DNA of 64,000 nt from contig ADNK01000483.1 in assembly GCA_000320545.1 (NCBI GenBank), positions 16,832 through 80,831 of the forward strand, in the 5' to 3' direction. Made by a program: the position numbers and the translations under genes. Under the pieces are notes generated by a model. The model saw only the letters and a list, made by a program, of their open reading frames with translations, had not been told where the DNA came from and did not search any database. The DNA is from Bigelowiella natans CCMP2755 (lineage: Eukaryota; Protista; Cercozoa). Position 1 is the first letter of the stretch, and each line of letters starts with the position of its first letter. Shown one piece after another: positions 38,859-52,129 of this stretch.

Positions 38859-40435
38859 TTTAGATAAAAATCTATATGTAACTGTAGGTATATACGCACG
38901 CACGTGTGTTGTACATGTGCTTAGGTATGCAATCACGATTACTTTGATACTTCTCTGGCCAAGAACTGAGGAGAAATCTCTGAAGGACCAGTCTCCTTCA
39001 TCGTTGACTACAATATCAAACAAAATTCAAGAGCTCGAAATCACTTATGGTGATTGATCCTATTGCTCGGCTTTGCTCATTCCACTCTCCCGCTGTTTCT
39101 TCTTCTTCTTCTTCCTCCTCCTCCTCCTCCTCCTCTTCCTCCTCCATACTCTTCTCCCTCCTCTCCCTACTTTCTCCCCTCTCTTACTTTGTCCTTAACA
39201 TTGTACTTCTCGTTCTTGCCGCAATTTTGATGCCAGCTGGAGATAGCGCGACGAATAGCATTTTTCCTGACTGATCATAATTTATGGTCCATAAGTAAAA
39301 AAGGCAAGAGAACAGCAATGATGAGCGCCCTCTGTCATCACGAGAGAGGGGGTGCAGATTCGTGATAGTTCAGTTGGTTAAGAATATTACGGAGCACTAT
39401 CACGCGGACATTGCGATTGTTCAGATGTTGAATCGTCTCCTCGACATTGTCCAGGATGCCCTGGTTAAGCATCCACTTAAAACCTGTTGCTTGGATCTGA
39501 GGAGGAGGAGGAGAAGGAGGAGGAGGAGGGCCATTACTAATCAACCGTTTCGTTTTGTGTGCTACCAGCATGGTCTGGATGATGCAAAGGATCTATCCAG
39601 GTTTCCATTAGCACTTGACCTGTGGGTTTTTCGGTGGCGAGTACATCATGTCCAAAAACTCAGATGTGGGCCATACTTCCTCAATGTGGTCGTTGTTGGA
39701 GGTCCTGTTCAAGAACCTGGAAGATGCATTCTTCATGCCGAGTACTGCACCGAGCTCAAGGACAGCGAACAAGGGGAATAGTGGTGTTACTTTTGAATCA
39801 ATTGGGATTGGCGCTTGCTTTTTGAGAGGATCTGCCTCAGCCTCTTCATATTGATGATCTCATAGAAGTTCTCGACTTGCGGATGAGACTCCATGATGGA
39901 ACCTACAATGACAACGATGTTCAAGAAGAGAATGACATCAACATATCTTTGGGCATTACTGAGCCAAGTTGATCCCGATCTATGCATAGTGACAATAACG
40001 TATTTGTGATAGGAGATATCTCGGTTCGAGACAGCAGGATGAAGACTCGACGTCCATGTCCCCAGAACTAGCTGGACCCGCAAGATCAGCGCGAAGCTCA
40101 ACCTCTATGATTATTACTAATATGAAGAGGCTAAAGCACTCGAAGTTCAAGTAGCCACAAGGGGGGGAAGAGAGGAAGGGAGGGAGGGGAGGGACGGGAC
40201 GGCAGGTTGGGTGGCGACTTACCACCATCGTTGATTTTGTAATACTGAAGTCTCGAGAAGTTGGGCCTTGCGGCAACAATGGTTTTGATGGAGAAAATCC
40301 ATAAAAATCCATGTCGTACATAAAAAATAGGAGCCAATTTCAGATAAAAACAGCAACAACAACAACAACAACAACGATAATTTGCCCAACACCAACGCCT
40401 TGTCGACCAACTGTTCGTACTTTCATTCTGGCCAT
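37666..40435 (-). CDS. Stf0-like (Golgi type II) sulfotransferase; in-frame TGA in exon 1, possibly a pseudogene
   Basis: PAPS-binding motif YVIVTMHRSGSTWL/SSIMESHPQV...E, then ATGFKWM..Q and VRVIVLRN. N-terminus MARMKVRTVGRQ...IIVVVVVVVAVFI*NWLLFF. The 3' end is approximate. Confidence 0.75.
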
Positions 40436-40559
40436 GAAAACAAGCTGAATTATCGCACATGTACTTGTCGCAAGGGGAAAACGGGATGGCTTTTTTTTTG
40501 GGATAATGTCAAACCAATCAACCTAGGCCGTGCTCTGCAACAGACAAGTTCGAGGGTTT

Positions 40560-41420
40560 TGTTTCACTTGCTTGCCGCGTTCCTGTGTCAGTTGCTCACT
40601 GCTTTCGTCTCCAGCTGCACACGTCTGAACATTGCCAAGCACGTGCCAAATGTGCATGTGGAAAGAAAAATGTGCGTGCGTGCGCGGCTTGTCAGATGTC
40701 GGCTTGAAGCAATCATTGAAGTGACAAGCTGCAACAGCTGGCCAGCAAGCCAGCAAGCTGCACGTGTGATGTGTGCGTCCATCCAGCCATCGTCTACCAG
40801 CGATCAATCGCCAAATCGAACACTGCTGCGTCCCTTGCGTGCGCAGTGTTCGTCATGGCATGACAACAACGTGCTATGTCTGTGCAACAGTCTAGATGTG
40901 CTTTTTGAGCTCACTAGCAACTGCCAACATGTGCACACATGCATGCTAACATGTAGATAACAGACACATCATAGCATAGCATATGCAGATGCATGTACCA
41001 GGCATGTTGGCTAGCTAGGCGGCTAGCTACACATGAAGCTGCAAAAACATCGTTGGCTCTGGCTTAGCTCGTTGCCTACGACCCAGCGCTAGCAGATATT
41101 TGATAGTCTCTATAGATGCACGTAATGCAAATTTGTACTAATGATTGTTCCTTTAGCGTGGTAGCGTGTACATCTAGATATTAATTAGACATGTAAATGT
41201 TGTACTCAGGAGGCGTCCACTAATAGCTCCACTATACCACCTTTGTTTGCACCGCCATCCCTCGTAGCAGCATACAAGCGCAAAACATATTGCCTATAGT
41301 TAACACATTCCTATGAGCATTAAAGCGCACATTCCAGCAGCAACTTGCATCGATTTTGCTGTTGTGCATATAGCGACCAAGTTTGTTGATCATGCTCAAT
41401 CCAGAAGAAACTGTATCAAT
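40560..41420. other. Palindrome- and RY-rich intergenic tract T7 (downstream of UBC9, the only tandem junction)
   Basis: acatgtgcacacatgcatgctaacatgt, gctagctag twice, tgtacatctaga. Confidence 0.7.
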
Positions 41421-41491
41421 ACTACGTGTTTTCTAGATTTTGCAAATTCTTGATCATATTTTCATTCAGTCGTATTACGAAGTGAAGCATA

Positions 41492-42055
41492 TTAAGGATC
41501 TCCAGAAAATTCTTTTGCTTGTTCTCTGATCTAAAGTAATTTTTAAGGGTACGTCAACGAAAATTCAATTCGAGTTAGTATGAAATCATGGTCTGTAAAT
41601 ATTATAACAAACATATCCATAGATATAACCTTCTTGTCATACTTGTCCCTCTTCTTCGTGTACATAGCCGATGCTGGCTGATTCGCAGGATCTTCACAGT
41701 TTGGGCTGCCAACAATAAAAACAAATTTCAGGGCGTGGTGTCGTCTCTTTTTCTAGTGGATGTCTCACTCATCAAGGAGAGCCTGTATTCCTAGAAGTAT
41801 CTGGCTCACTGATATTAAAAACCATTTGGCTCATGAGTCACTGATTACGGTTCCAGAACTTCAACGAGAACATCCCGCACCGGATAGCGAAGCAGCCCAA
41901 TTTTTATCGGGCTTGAGGATGCTTAAGCATATGCTTCCGTCGTCGAACACATTTGGATGATAGATTTTCGGCTCAAACCGGGCCGAAGGTGGATTGCCTA
42001 TTGTGAGCATCCATATTCAATATTCAGTATTGAAAACTTTGATGTATGTGTATGT

Positions 42056-42091
<36 letters not shown>

Positions 42092-42423
42092 TCAATACTG
42101 GGGAAATCCTCCGGGAAAGTTAGAACCACTTTGTACCGGCCTCCCTCCCATGCCGTTCCTATGATGGCAAAAACAAAGGTACACTGAAAATTTTGGTCAT
42201 GATAATCGAAAGAAATTGAATCGTCAGCATGCAATCGGGTCTCAAAGCAAGTGTGCACGTGACAGCAACCTTTCTTCCCTGGGAACCCGCACAGCCACTT
42301 GAAGAGGTTCTGCGATCCGTCTTTATTTTTCTCTGGTCTGGCAAAGAATCCAAATGGTTTCTGCTTACGGAAATTCTTCCGCTCGTTTGCGAGTCGCTTT
42401 CTTGCGGCGGCGGCGGCTGCCAT
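41492..42423 (-). CDS. UBC9: SUMO-conjugating enzyme E2 (Ubc9)
   Basis: [50 protein letters not shown], then [36 protein letters not shown], and [12 protein letters not shown]. Confidence 0.93.
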
Positions 42424-42894
42424 GAATATGGAGTTCAACCGGAAAGGGCGAGGCCTTGCTTGTGGGAGCTTATACCTTATACCGGTACCGGTAAGTCTGT
42501 CCACCAAATGCTTCCGTTTTACATCAGACGACAATATATTCTCCTCAGACGTCAAAAAAATTACATCTGAAATAGCTTCCCGGCAAATCCTTTCTATGAA
42601 GGTCTACCGATGCGGAAAAATGTCCTGTGATTTTACTCCTGCGACAAAAGGTGCACGTGGAGGGATTCTCTGGCTCCAGACCGTGTTCCAGCCACAGAGA
42701 TGCCATCACGAACAGGCAGGATTTCTTAGATGTTTCTGGATATAAAGCACAAATGGAACAGAAGGACGACAGATTACAATTTACCGAAGATCGGTACAGG
42801 AAATGGAATAGACTTGGGCTACATTCACATGTATATTTTGACTAATAATGGCTATGTAGGTGACATTTAATTGACACCAAGCGATAGGCCTCTA
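42424..42894. promoter_or_regulatory. Divergent promoter / 5' UTR region UBC9 / PPR gene
   Basis: About 470 bp between opposed starts, free of SSRs and T-type words. Confidence 0.45.
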
Positions 42895-43178
42895 ATGCGA
42901 CGTCATGCCTCCCGTCAGCTTCTGCGGGCCCCCCGTCATCGTCGATTTCATGCATTAACTATCAACGATGTCAAAATGCACTCTCCAACTGATTCCACAA
43001 CGCGCTTTCGAAGGTGCATGCCGAACTACCTCACCACCCCTGGCACGACCACATTCACACGCTCATTTAGAGGAACCCTTGATATCGACGCTCTAATACA
43101 GGATGGGAAGTGGGAGGTACGTCTCCCGTCCATTAGAAAATTCACGGACATTTTCCTAAGATATTGTTCCATATTTGC

Positions 43179-43236
<58 letters not shown>

Positions 43237-45818
43237 CTCTCTGTGCGTGTGTGTGTGTATGTGGTGTATGTGTCAAAAAGGCCGCAACGACCGCTCTAGC
43301 TGATGGCAATCTCAAACCTTATGAAGACGCCAGTAAATTTAACCTGCTCTTAAGGTTTATTAGTTTCTCCAAGTGTCCAAAAAATGACCCAAATATGATG
43401 TGATGTTGATAATCCTGAGAAGAGAATCTGTTAAAAATGTGATGTTGATAATCCTGGGAAGAGAATCTGTTCTATAGAAGAACAAGATGCACCACATTCT
43501 TCTCTCTCGCATTGACTTTCCACACCACTTGACGACTTCTTACAAAAACAGAGCTGTGACTCAGAAGGGTACCCAGGAGGAGATGTGGAAGTAAGTGAAG
43601 AATCAACCTCCAAACTTCTCACCACAAGTTTCCTCTCAATGGTCTACTGCTGCAACTTCCTAAACATTTCACTCTCTCATTATACCCCTTCCTTTGTGAA
43701 AAACAATCAGCGTGATATCTGCAATGGTTGATGCTGGAATCCGCCTGGATTCCATTCACTGCAACATCATTTGCCAAGAGTAAGTAGTGCTGCACACTTG
43801 AAGCAACTATATTATTTGGTTCTTGAGCGTCTGCGCCCTCATTCTTCAGATTATGCAAGGGAGGCAGACTGGAGGAAGTCGTGGAGTTTATGTAGGCACC
43901 CTCACTATCAGCATCATGTTTCGTCAAATTCCCTATTGATTTCGTATTTTATGCTATCGTCGGGACGGATCAGGGACCACATGACACAAGGGGGGGTACC
44001 GATCTCGGCGAATTTATTCAACATGCTGATAATGGCACAAGTGCAGCAGAACCTTATGGATGATGCGAAGCAGACGATCGAACTTATGGAGGAGGCTGAG
44101 TTGGAGCCGAATGAGGCAACGTTGAACCACATTATCACAGGCATTAAGGTATAGCCAGACAATAAGAGAATGACCGTGTAACACAACTACCTCTCGCAAC
44201 GTGTACTGGATCTTTAAAGGAAATTAATAATATGATCTCAGCGGCGTGGAGGCACTCCCAGCTTCGAGAATATTCAGTTTTTCCTGGTAGTATCAGCGTG
44301 GAGCACCTCCCCACTGTAGTTGCATGGCATATTTACAACCGTTGTTTCTCCCCCCCCACAAAGGATAAATATGGAGGAAATCCTCAAACCATGTGTATAA
44401 TATTCGAGATTCTTCTGCAAAATGGTAGTTGCCGAACCACAAAAACCTGAAAAGAAAGCAGCTGCTGGAGCTAGTTAAGACCGATGGTGGCTACCACGTT
44501 GCGCTTATTGGACAATGTTGATGATGCTGGTGACATTACGAATATGTTGTGTCTCATCTTTGCAATACCCTTCGCAGGCATGGAGGACGAGATACCGAAA
44601 GTCTTTGAAATATTCAAGGGCAAAGGTGCCAATAATCGAGATGATGATGATGATGATGATGATGAATGGGTTGTCCTCTCCTCTACTTACAGTGTGAAAG
44701 TACGATAAAATTCCAAGATATTGTAGGGGGTTTCCTCTCTCACCCACGCCTCCGTTTACTTGTGTTGTATAGTCTTAATTTATATGTTGTTGTCGTCGTC
44801 ATGATCATCCCTCGCGCCTTTATGATGATAATGCAGGCATAGCACCGACCACGGAGGCGTTCAACGTGATGATGAAGTATTGCGAATCTGCCAACAGGTG
44901 GCACGAAACTCCATGGAGAAAGAGAATAATAAAAAACCAAAAAAAGGGAGACGCGACGTTGATGTTGCTATTACTTTTTGGTGGGCGATGGAAAGGGGGG
45001 GGGGGGACTCACTGCTCTCAGTGTAGCATTTCTGTTCGCCATCTCTTCTTCTACTTCTTCCTGAATCATCCTCTCCTTCATTCTTCCCCACACTGCTGTA
45101 AGGTCGTATGCGGTGCTGCGCAGCATGGAAATCTCAGGATGTGCTCCAGACAAATACACGATTTACTATCTCGTCAGAGATGGGTATGGAAGATGAACAA
45201 CAACGGGGCAGCAGCAACACATTAAATGCTGCATGATGATGATGGTGGTGGATGCTGGTGACTATGCTGTGCACGTCTATCAAACGCAAAACTGTGCGAG
45301 AGTAGTAAGCACTATAAAATGTGTGTATGTGTGTGTGTGTGTGTGTGTGTGTTTGTGTATGCTACTACACGCTCTTATTATTATCATTATTATTATTATT
45401 ATTATTATCGTCGTCGTCCTCATTATCAATCGCCATTCTCTCAGAGTGCTGTCCACTGTCGATGAGGTGAGGCGGATGTTGGAGAAAAATGGCCTACAGG
45501 TGATGGTGGTGATGATGCTGATGACGATTTGGAATGTGAGCTGGATGATGATGATGATGATCATGCTGACGGGGTACCTCCTTAACGATAGTCCTCTCTA
45601 TCTCATGTGCAATGATGATATCAACATTCCTGATGCCTTTCCTACACCTTGTTGCTGCTAACACTACTTTTAATACTACTACTGCTACTCCTACTACTCT
45701 TTCATTACTACTACTACTACTACTTCGAACGACTGTCGCCATCCCTTCTCAGCTCGATGGAGATCTCATGAGCGGTTGTGTCAACGGCTTTATCGCGAAG
45801 TAATAAGTTGTGTTTCCT

Positions 45819-45849
<31 letters not shown>

Positions 45850-46193
45850 ATGCGTTCGCACCCCACACTTCTTTCTCATGTCCCATATCTCTCTCTCTCC
45901 CATCTCTGTGTCTCTGACCGTCGACATCCCACATCCCATCCATTCCCAGGTCGTTGCCGATGGAGCTCCTGAACTGTGGTAAGCAAAAAAACAGGCGAGG
46001 GGGGGGGGGGGGGGACGGCTAGTAGTAGTGGTAGTAGTAGCACTCTCTGTTGTCGGTGCTGTAGGCTGTGGCGGATGGGTATTTGTTTGATGATGTCGTT
46101 GTGTTTAATGATTTATACGCCGGTAGAGAAACATAGGATTCAACTAGAGCAAAGGAAACCTGCTGGAGCAGGCCCCCAAGGACTGGAAGGTGA

Positions 46194-46228
<35 letters not shown>

Positions 46229-46705
46229 TTTTAAAGGACATGAAATTATATATATGCGTACTACCACTACCACAACCACTACCACTACTTCTACAACATA
46301 CAAGAAGAATGTGGGTGGAATGATAATGATGTATGAGTGCGGCTGGTGATGATCATACAGTTACCGAGGAAGAAGCGGCTCTATTTGGCGGTCTGCTGGG
46401 AAAAGCAAATGAGGATGCGAGTAGTTTTTCTTCTCCTTCCTCCTCCTCCTCCTCCTCCTCCTCCTCCTCCTCCTCCTCTATGGACTGTAGATCCAACCTC
46501 GCCCCGTCGAATGCTCAAGGTTGGTAAATGGAAATGCTCTCTATGTATGGCATGGTGGTGTAGTAGTAGTTGCAGTTGTAGTATTAGTAGAAGTAGTAGT
46601 AGTAATAATAATACTAGTAATAGTGTAATAATAATACTAGTAATAGTGGCAACAGTAGTAGTAGTAGTAGTAGTAGTAGTAATATTACGCATAACATTCC
46701 TGTGT

Positions 46706-46740
<35 letters not shown>

Positions 46741-47031
46741 CTTTCAATTTATGACACTGCGCAATGAATAGAAAGTATTCGCAATATAGGAGATACGCGC
46801 AAACACATCCACACACACACACACATACACAAGCGCACGTACGCAAACGTCGTATGCAATTCAAAACAGTTATTGCCACCGAAGAAGAACTGAGCCTGTT
46901 CGGCGGGCTGCTAAAGTTTAAGATGGCAGATAATAAGCAGCAGCAAGAGGAAGCTGGCACAACGGTAGTAGTAGTAGTAGTAGTAGCAGTAGTAGTAGTT
47001 GTATGGCTGTGATGGTGGAGGTTGTGACACA

Positions 47032-47068
<37 letters not shown>

Positions 47069-47395
47069 ATATGAATGATGGATCTCTATTCCAAGATTAC
47101 ATCATCACCATTATCATCATCATCATCATCATCAATATTTCGAGCGGAGGGGAAGAGGGGGGGGGGCGTGAGGACGATCACAAATGAAATTGTGTCATAG
47201 TAATGGTCACCTCCCCCCTTTCCCCCCTCCCTCTCTCCTTTCCCATTCTTTTCCCCCACTCACCAACACCCCGCCTTTAAATCAATCAGGACGACCACAA
47301 AAAAGGCGAAGACGAACATAAAGTAGATAGTCACCAGGGGGTAGATCTGAAAAAAACATTCGAGATGGCAACTAGGTAGTGCCATGGTGATGATC

Positions 47396-47427
<32 letters not shown>

Positions 47428-47551
47428 AATGATGTCTGGGGTCGCAGAAGAGAGGGCACAGTATTAATGAGTTCGGGTGGAGCCCATGCGTATTTACACG
47501 TATATCAATGCACACACGTCCTTGCCTAGTTCTCTCCGCCTCCTATGCTGT

Positions 47552-47607
<56 letters not shown>

Positions 47608-48404
47608 GTGGGGTTTCCCTTCCCTGGTAAGGGTTGTCAACTTCTGCATCGTGATCGCGTCATTGCGTTGTTGCGTCGTTTGTTGGGTAGGACTATTGAC
47701 TTTGAGGTGATGAGAGAGATATATGATCATGTCTACTGGGACACGGATCGCGCTGAGGGTGCGGAGGAGAGACTCTGGCTAAGGGGAGGAGAAGATCTTT
47801 CCGGTTTCTCCTCTTACGTAGTGAATCCGGCCTATGATGAGAACGTATTCCATGAGGAAATTCGGGAGGTAGATCCTCTTCCTCCTCCTCCTCCTCCTCC
47901 CCCTCCTCCTCCTCCTTCATTTTATTTCGCATGAGCTTCATCACCATCACCATCCCAAGGAGCATTGTCGGTGACAAACCTGCGGACCGCACTACTACGA
48001 TCACCAATCATCATGATTTTGAATTCTAAAGCGTTGTTGGTTTCTCATGCGTCAGGAATGGCTGAAAGAGCTGGCCCTTGCAGCCTACACGACCTTAGAG
48101 GTAGCAGATAGTAGGGAGGGGTTGGGGGGGGGAGGGTGGAGAGAATAACATGATTATGTTGGCATTTCTTCCACCTGTGGGGGGGGCAAGAATATGATAG
48201 GTATATTCTTCCCCCCTCCTCAACCTCCTCGGCGAAGCAAAATCAACAAACATATCGTCTTTTTTCTCTTCGCTTTTCGCTTTCTCTCCCCTCCCCCTCG
48301 CCTCCTCTCATAGCTTCCCTCCTCGGCTGCCGTCCCTCCCCCTTGTTGTGCCAGCCAATCTTCCCCCCTTTCTTCTTCTCATAAACATATACTAATATAA
48401 ATAA

Positions 48405-48439
<35 letters not shown>

Positions 48440-48626
48440 TATAGGTATGTTCATAATTCTATGTTTATATATCAATGTGCTTGGTGACTCACAGAGCGTG
48501 TACTGGTCACGAAAGACAAATACCTACAACATCCGTGTAGATCATTTAAGGAAGCAAGCAGCAAGGTGCGGTGGTGCGATCATAGCGGCTGCAGCAGACA
48601 TCGACGACAACCATAAAGCTCATGGC

Positions 48627-48658
<32 letters not shown>

Positions 48659-49886
48659 GTGTATTGAAAACAAAATTCATTTCGTTCCGCTGTTTCGTGA
48701 CCCCCCCCCCCCCCCCCTCCCGCATCTTTAAAATTGAAAAAAAGGATATGGGTCAGTGGAATATCTCCTTACGTTGGGGAAGAGACCCTTGCCAATATAT
48801 TCGGGCAGTATGGAACGGTCACGATTGAGCAGGATGATGATGAAGAAGAAGAAGATGATGATGTGACATTATTGCTTTGGTATATATATTTCATATATTT
48901 TTTATTTATATTCATCGAGTTTCAAACAGACGCGGTATCCATCGTTTACTACCGTCCCCCACCATCTATCCGCCGTCCGCCTCTCTCTCTATTATCTCCT
49001 GAGGCTGCTTTCCCTCCTCCTCCTCCTCCTCCTCCTCCTCCTCCTTTGAAATGACCGCAGGTGCTCCGTCTGGAGAGGCTAAGGAACAATAAGAGTGGCA
49101 CGAGCGTCCATGTCTCATACTCGTCGCATCTAGAAGCAAGGCGTGCTTTGGTATATACGTCATTAGTAGCAGGATCAGCAAGTAGCGGATGATGCGTGAG
49201 TGATGACCCAGCGGCTAACCCCCATAGTGACTCACAGGCGTGCTCTGTCATCTTGCCACCCCCCCCCCCCACCAGGACAACCTGCACGGCCAGTATCTTC
49301 CTGAAGAGTATTACTCGTACGGTGAGAAGGTGGTGGCACTATTCATTCATTCCTAACTGTCGTTCTAATCATCAACAGCAGTCTCTGAACAACCCCTCCC
49401 CTCTCCCTATCCCTCTCCTTCCTCCTGATCCTCCTCCTCCTTCCTCCTCCTCCTTTTTTGTCGGTAGAAAATGCTGTTTGTGGCCTTCGCAAGGAAGTCC
49501 GGTTATGATTCTAAGACAATTTACCCTTCAAGGAAGAAATGGGTATTATTCAGCAGCGATGATAGTAGTAGCAGAAGTAGAAGTAGCAATAGCAGTAGCA
49601 GTGATAGTAGGATGGCGGCGCATCTGCAGTATGATCACATGCATTTTAGCAGCAAAAAGAGCAGCTTTGGTGATCGATATACGTCATTGGAATGGCTAGA
49701 AGAGAGGCAAAATAGCAGGAGAAAGAGAAGAAGCAGCAGTAGTAGAGTATAGTCGTCGTCGTCTCTCGTGATTGTCATCGTCTAAAGTGATGATGATGAG
49801 CAGAGCTTCGCCGTTTCTCGTCTTGCGAAAAAACAGCAATAGAAATCGTTAATATAAATATAAAAATACAAATACATATATGTATA

Positions 49887-49918
<32 letters not shown>

Positions 49919-49964
49919 TAATTCAAATCTTTAACACCCGGGAGGATGGATGAGGGATGTGTAT

Positions 49965-50004
<40 letters not shown>

Positions 50005-50067
50005 CACCACTGGTGATGACCTGGTGCTGATTGTCTTCATCCTTCTCCTCCTTATCACCCTCCTCCC

Positions 50068-50108
<41 letters not shown>

Positions 50109-50741
50109 CATATGCTGCTGCTACTTCTGCATCGTAGGTTGGGCTCTCCCCCTTGCCAGAGGACACGAAGGCGCGAGATCTATGGTTCTTCCTGCTCTTC
50201 ACGCCTTACATTATACACTTCTCCCCCCCCCCCCCCCCTTCTGCCACTCCCTCCCTAAAGAAAAGGCGGTGGTTGGCAGTAGCTGTTGTCCTGCTCTACC
50301 TGTGTTTGCCGCAATGCCATGTTGCTGCAAGGGCAGAATATTACCAGTAGCAAATGCAGCAGCAGTAGCGGACAGAATATGTCGTCGCATCATCATCATC
50401 ATCATCATCGTCATCATCATTATCATTATCATTATCATTGTCCTCACCGTCGTAGCTTCTCTTAATTTTAGGAGTGGTGTTTCGAGTTGTTCTTCTCGTA
50501 CCGCACTCACCACCACCAATCCTTACCCCTTCGTTGTCTCGATTCCTGCAGGAAACTTTGCGCCCCCATATGGCACATGAAGAGAATACTGATCGTGGTA
50601 GGCAGCTGATGTGGTTGGTGGGGGGGGGGGGGGTGGCGGTGGTAGCAGAGCGAGAAGCGAATATGGCCACAACCTGGTGTATCGGTGTCACTGTGTTTCC
50701 CAACCCTCCTTCTTTCTCTACCCGCCCATGCTACCGATGCG

Positions 50742-50776
<35 letters not shown>

Positions 50777-51303
50777 ACCACCACCACCATTGTCATCGTT
50801 GTCATCATCATCGTTGCCATTATCACCATCAAAGCGCTCTAGCACTGGGAATATCAGCGGATTCATAGGGATGAAATCCGGAATGGACGCGTGGGAGGTC
50901 GCCTCCGAGTGTCGTCGTCGTCGTCGTCGTCGTTGTAGTAGTGGCAGTAGTAGTAACGTGACTCACCGAGGAAGTAACTAAAGCAGTGATGAAGCGAGAA
51001 GTAGTAGCGGGAAACATGCCATATCAACACACGACGACACAACACGAAGAGATAGTAAGCAAAGATCCACCCGCTAGTACTCTACTACTCTCTTCCCGTC
51101 AGTATACCAGCACACACTCACTCTTCGTTCCCCCCCGACAGGTCCTGACGACATTCGACGAGTATCTTATGGATGGCGCGAGCAAGGTAGTAGCAGGAAC
51201 AGCAGCAGCACAGTGCTGCTGCTGTTGTTGTTGCTGTTGTTGTATTTGTAGCGGTAGAGTATTCACTAGAGCCCAGATGGCCACCTACCAGTAGTAGTAA
51301 GTT

Positions 51304-51337
<34 letters not shown>

Positions 51338-52007
51338 AACACAGCAGTATGGAGGTATCTTGGCATGTGCAGGAAACAGACGAAGGGGGGGGGAGGGAAA
51401 AAATAGACTACCGATCGGTTGTTCTTCCCCCCGTCCTGTTTCCGTGCAAGTGTGCCATGCCGCAGGATGGAAACCACTGCTATTACCTCGGTCGCTCTTT
51501 TTGTAGTTAGATGGATCGACCGAATCCAACCGTCCGTGTGAGCAAGAGGCTTTCTCCGCCCAATCACTAACGCAATCCATGCATATATTTTGGGTGGTGA
51601 CACAGGCAGCCAAGTGCAAATTATACGACACACCGCCGCAGATTGTTGAGGTGGGTGTTGTTGGGTTTCGACTGTTTCCTGCCTTGCCGTAGTACGCTTA
51701 ATTTCAGAAGAAGGAAAAACGCCCTTGAGAGCCGATGGATAGAAGGGACGATGGCGGGAGGGGGGTAGCAAAGAAAACAGGGGAGGGACATCACACGCAA
51801 ACAGACAACATACACTCACACAAACCGACCATTGCACCGACACCGTCTCCTCTGAGGACCCTGTTTTATTCCCCCCCCCCCGCTTCTCTCTCTCTCTGTT
51901 TATTCTCTCTCAAGTCCGAGAGTATATTAGACATGTGGGTGTCGCCATCAGCTACTGCGGCAGTGGCTGCGAGAAAGAGCTTAGCGAAAAGCCAGCAACC
52001 TGAATAA
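42895..52007 (+). CDS. Organelle-targeted PPR protein with an RRM domain, many exons
   Basis: Presequence-like MRRHASRQLLRAPRHRRF. PPR motifs GVPISANLFNMLIMAQVQQNLMDDAKQTIELMEEAELEPNEATLNHII and GIAPTTEAFNVMMKYC. RRM RNP2-like KRIWVSGISPYVGEETLANIFGQYG. Exons after about 49800 are assigned tentatively. Confidence 0.7.
43398..43471. repeat. Recent 39-bp-period tandem duplication (intronic)
   Basis: atgtgatgttgataatcctg(a/g)gaagagaatctgtt at 43398 and 43437, one mismatch. Confidence 0.85.
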
Positions 52008-52129
52008 ACAACGCCTCCATAGCAAGCTTACGTAGCCCGACCAGGCTTAGCTTTCTGCGGCCTTCCACTTACAATGTGCAAGTCTCCGACATTTGATTCT
52101 CCTTCCTATTGCTTCCCTCTTGCAAGCTA

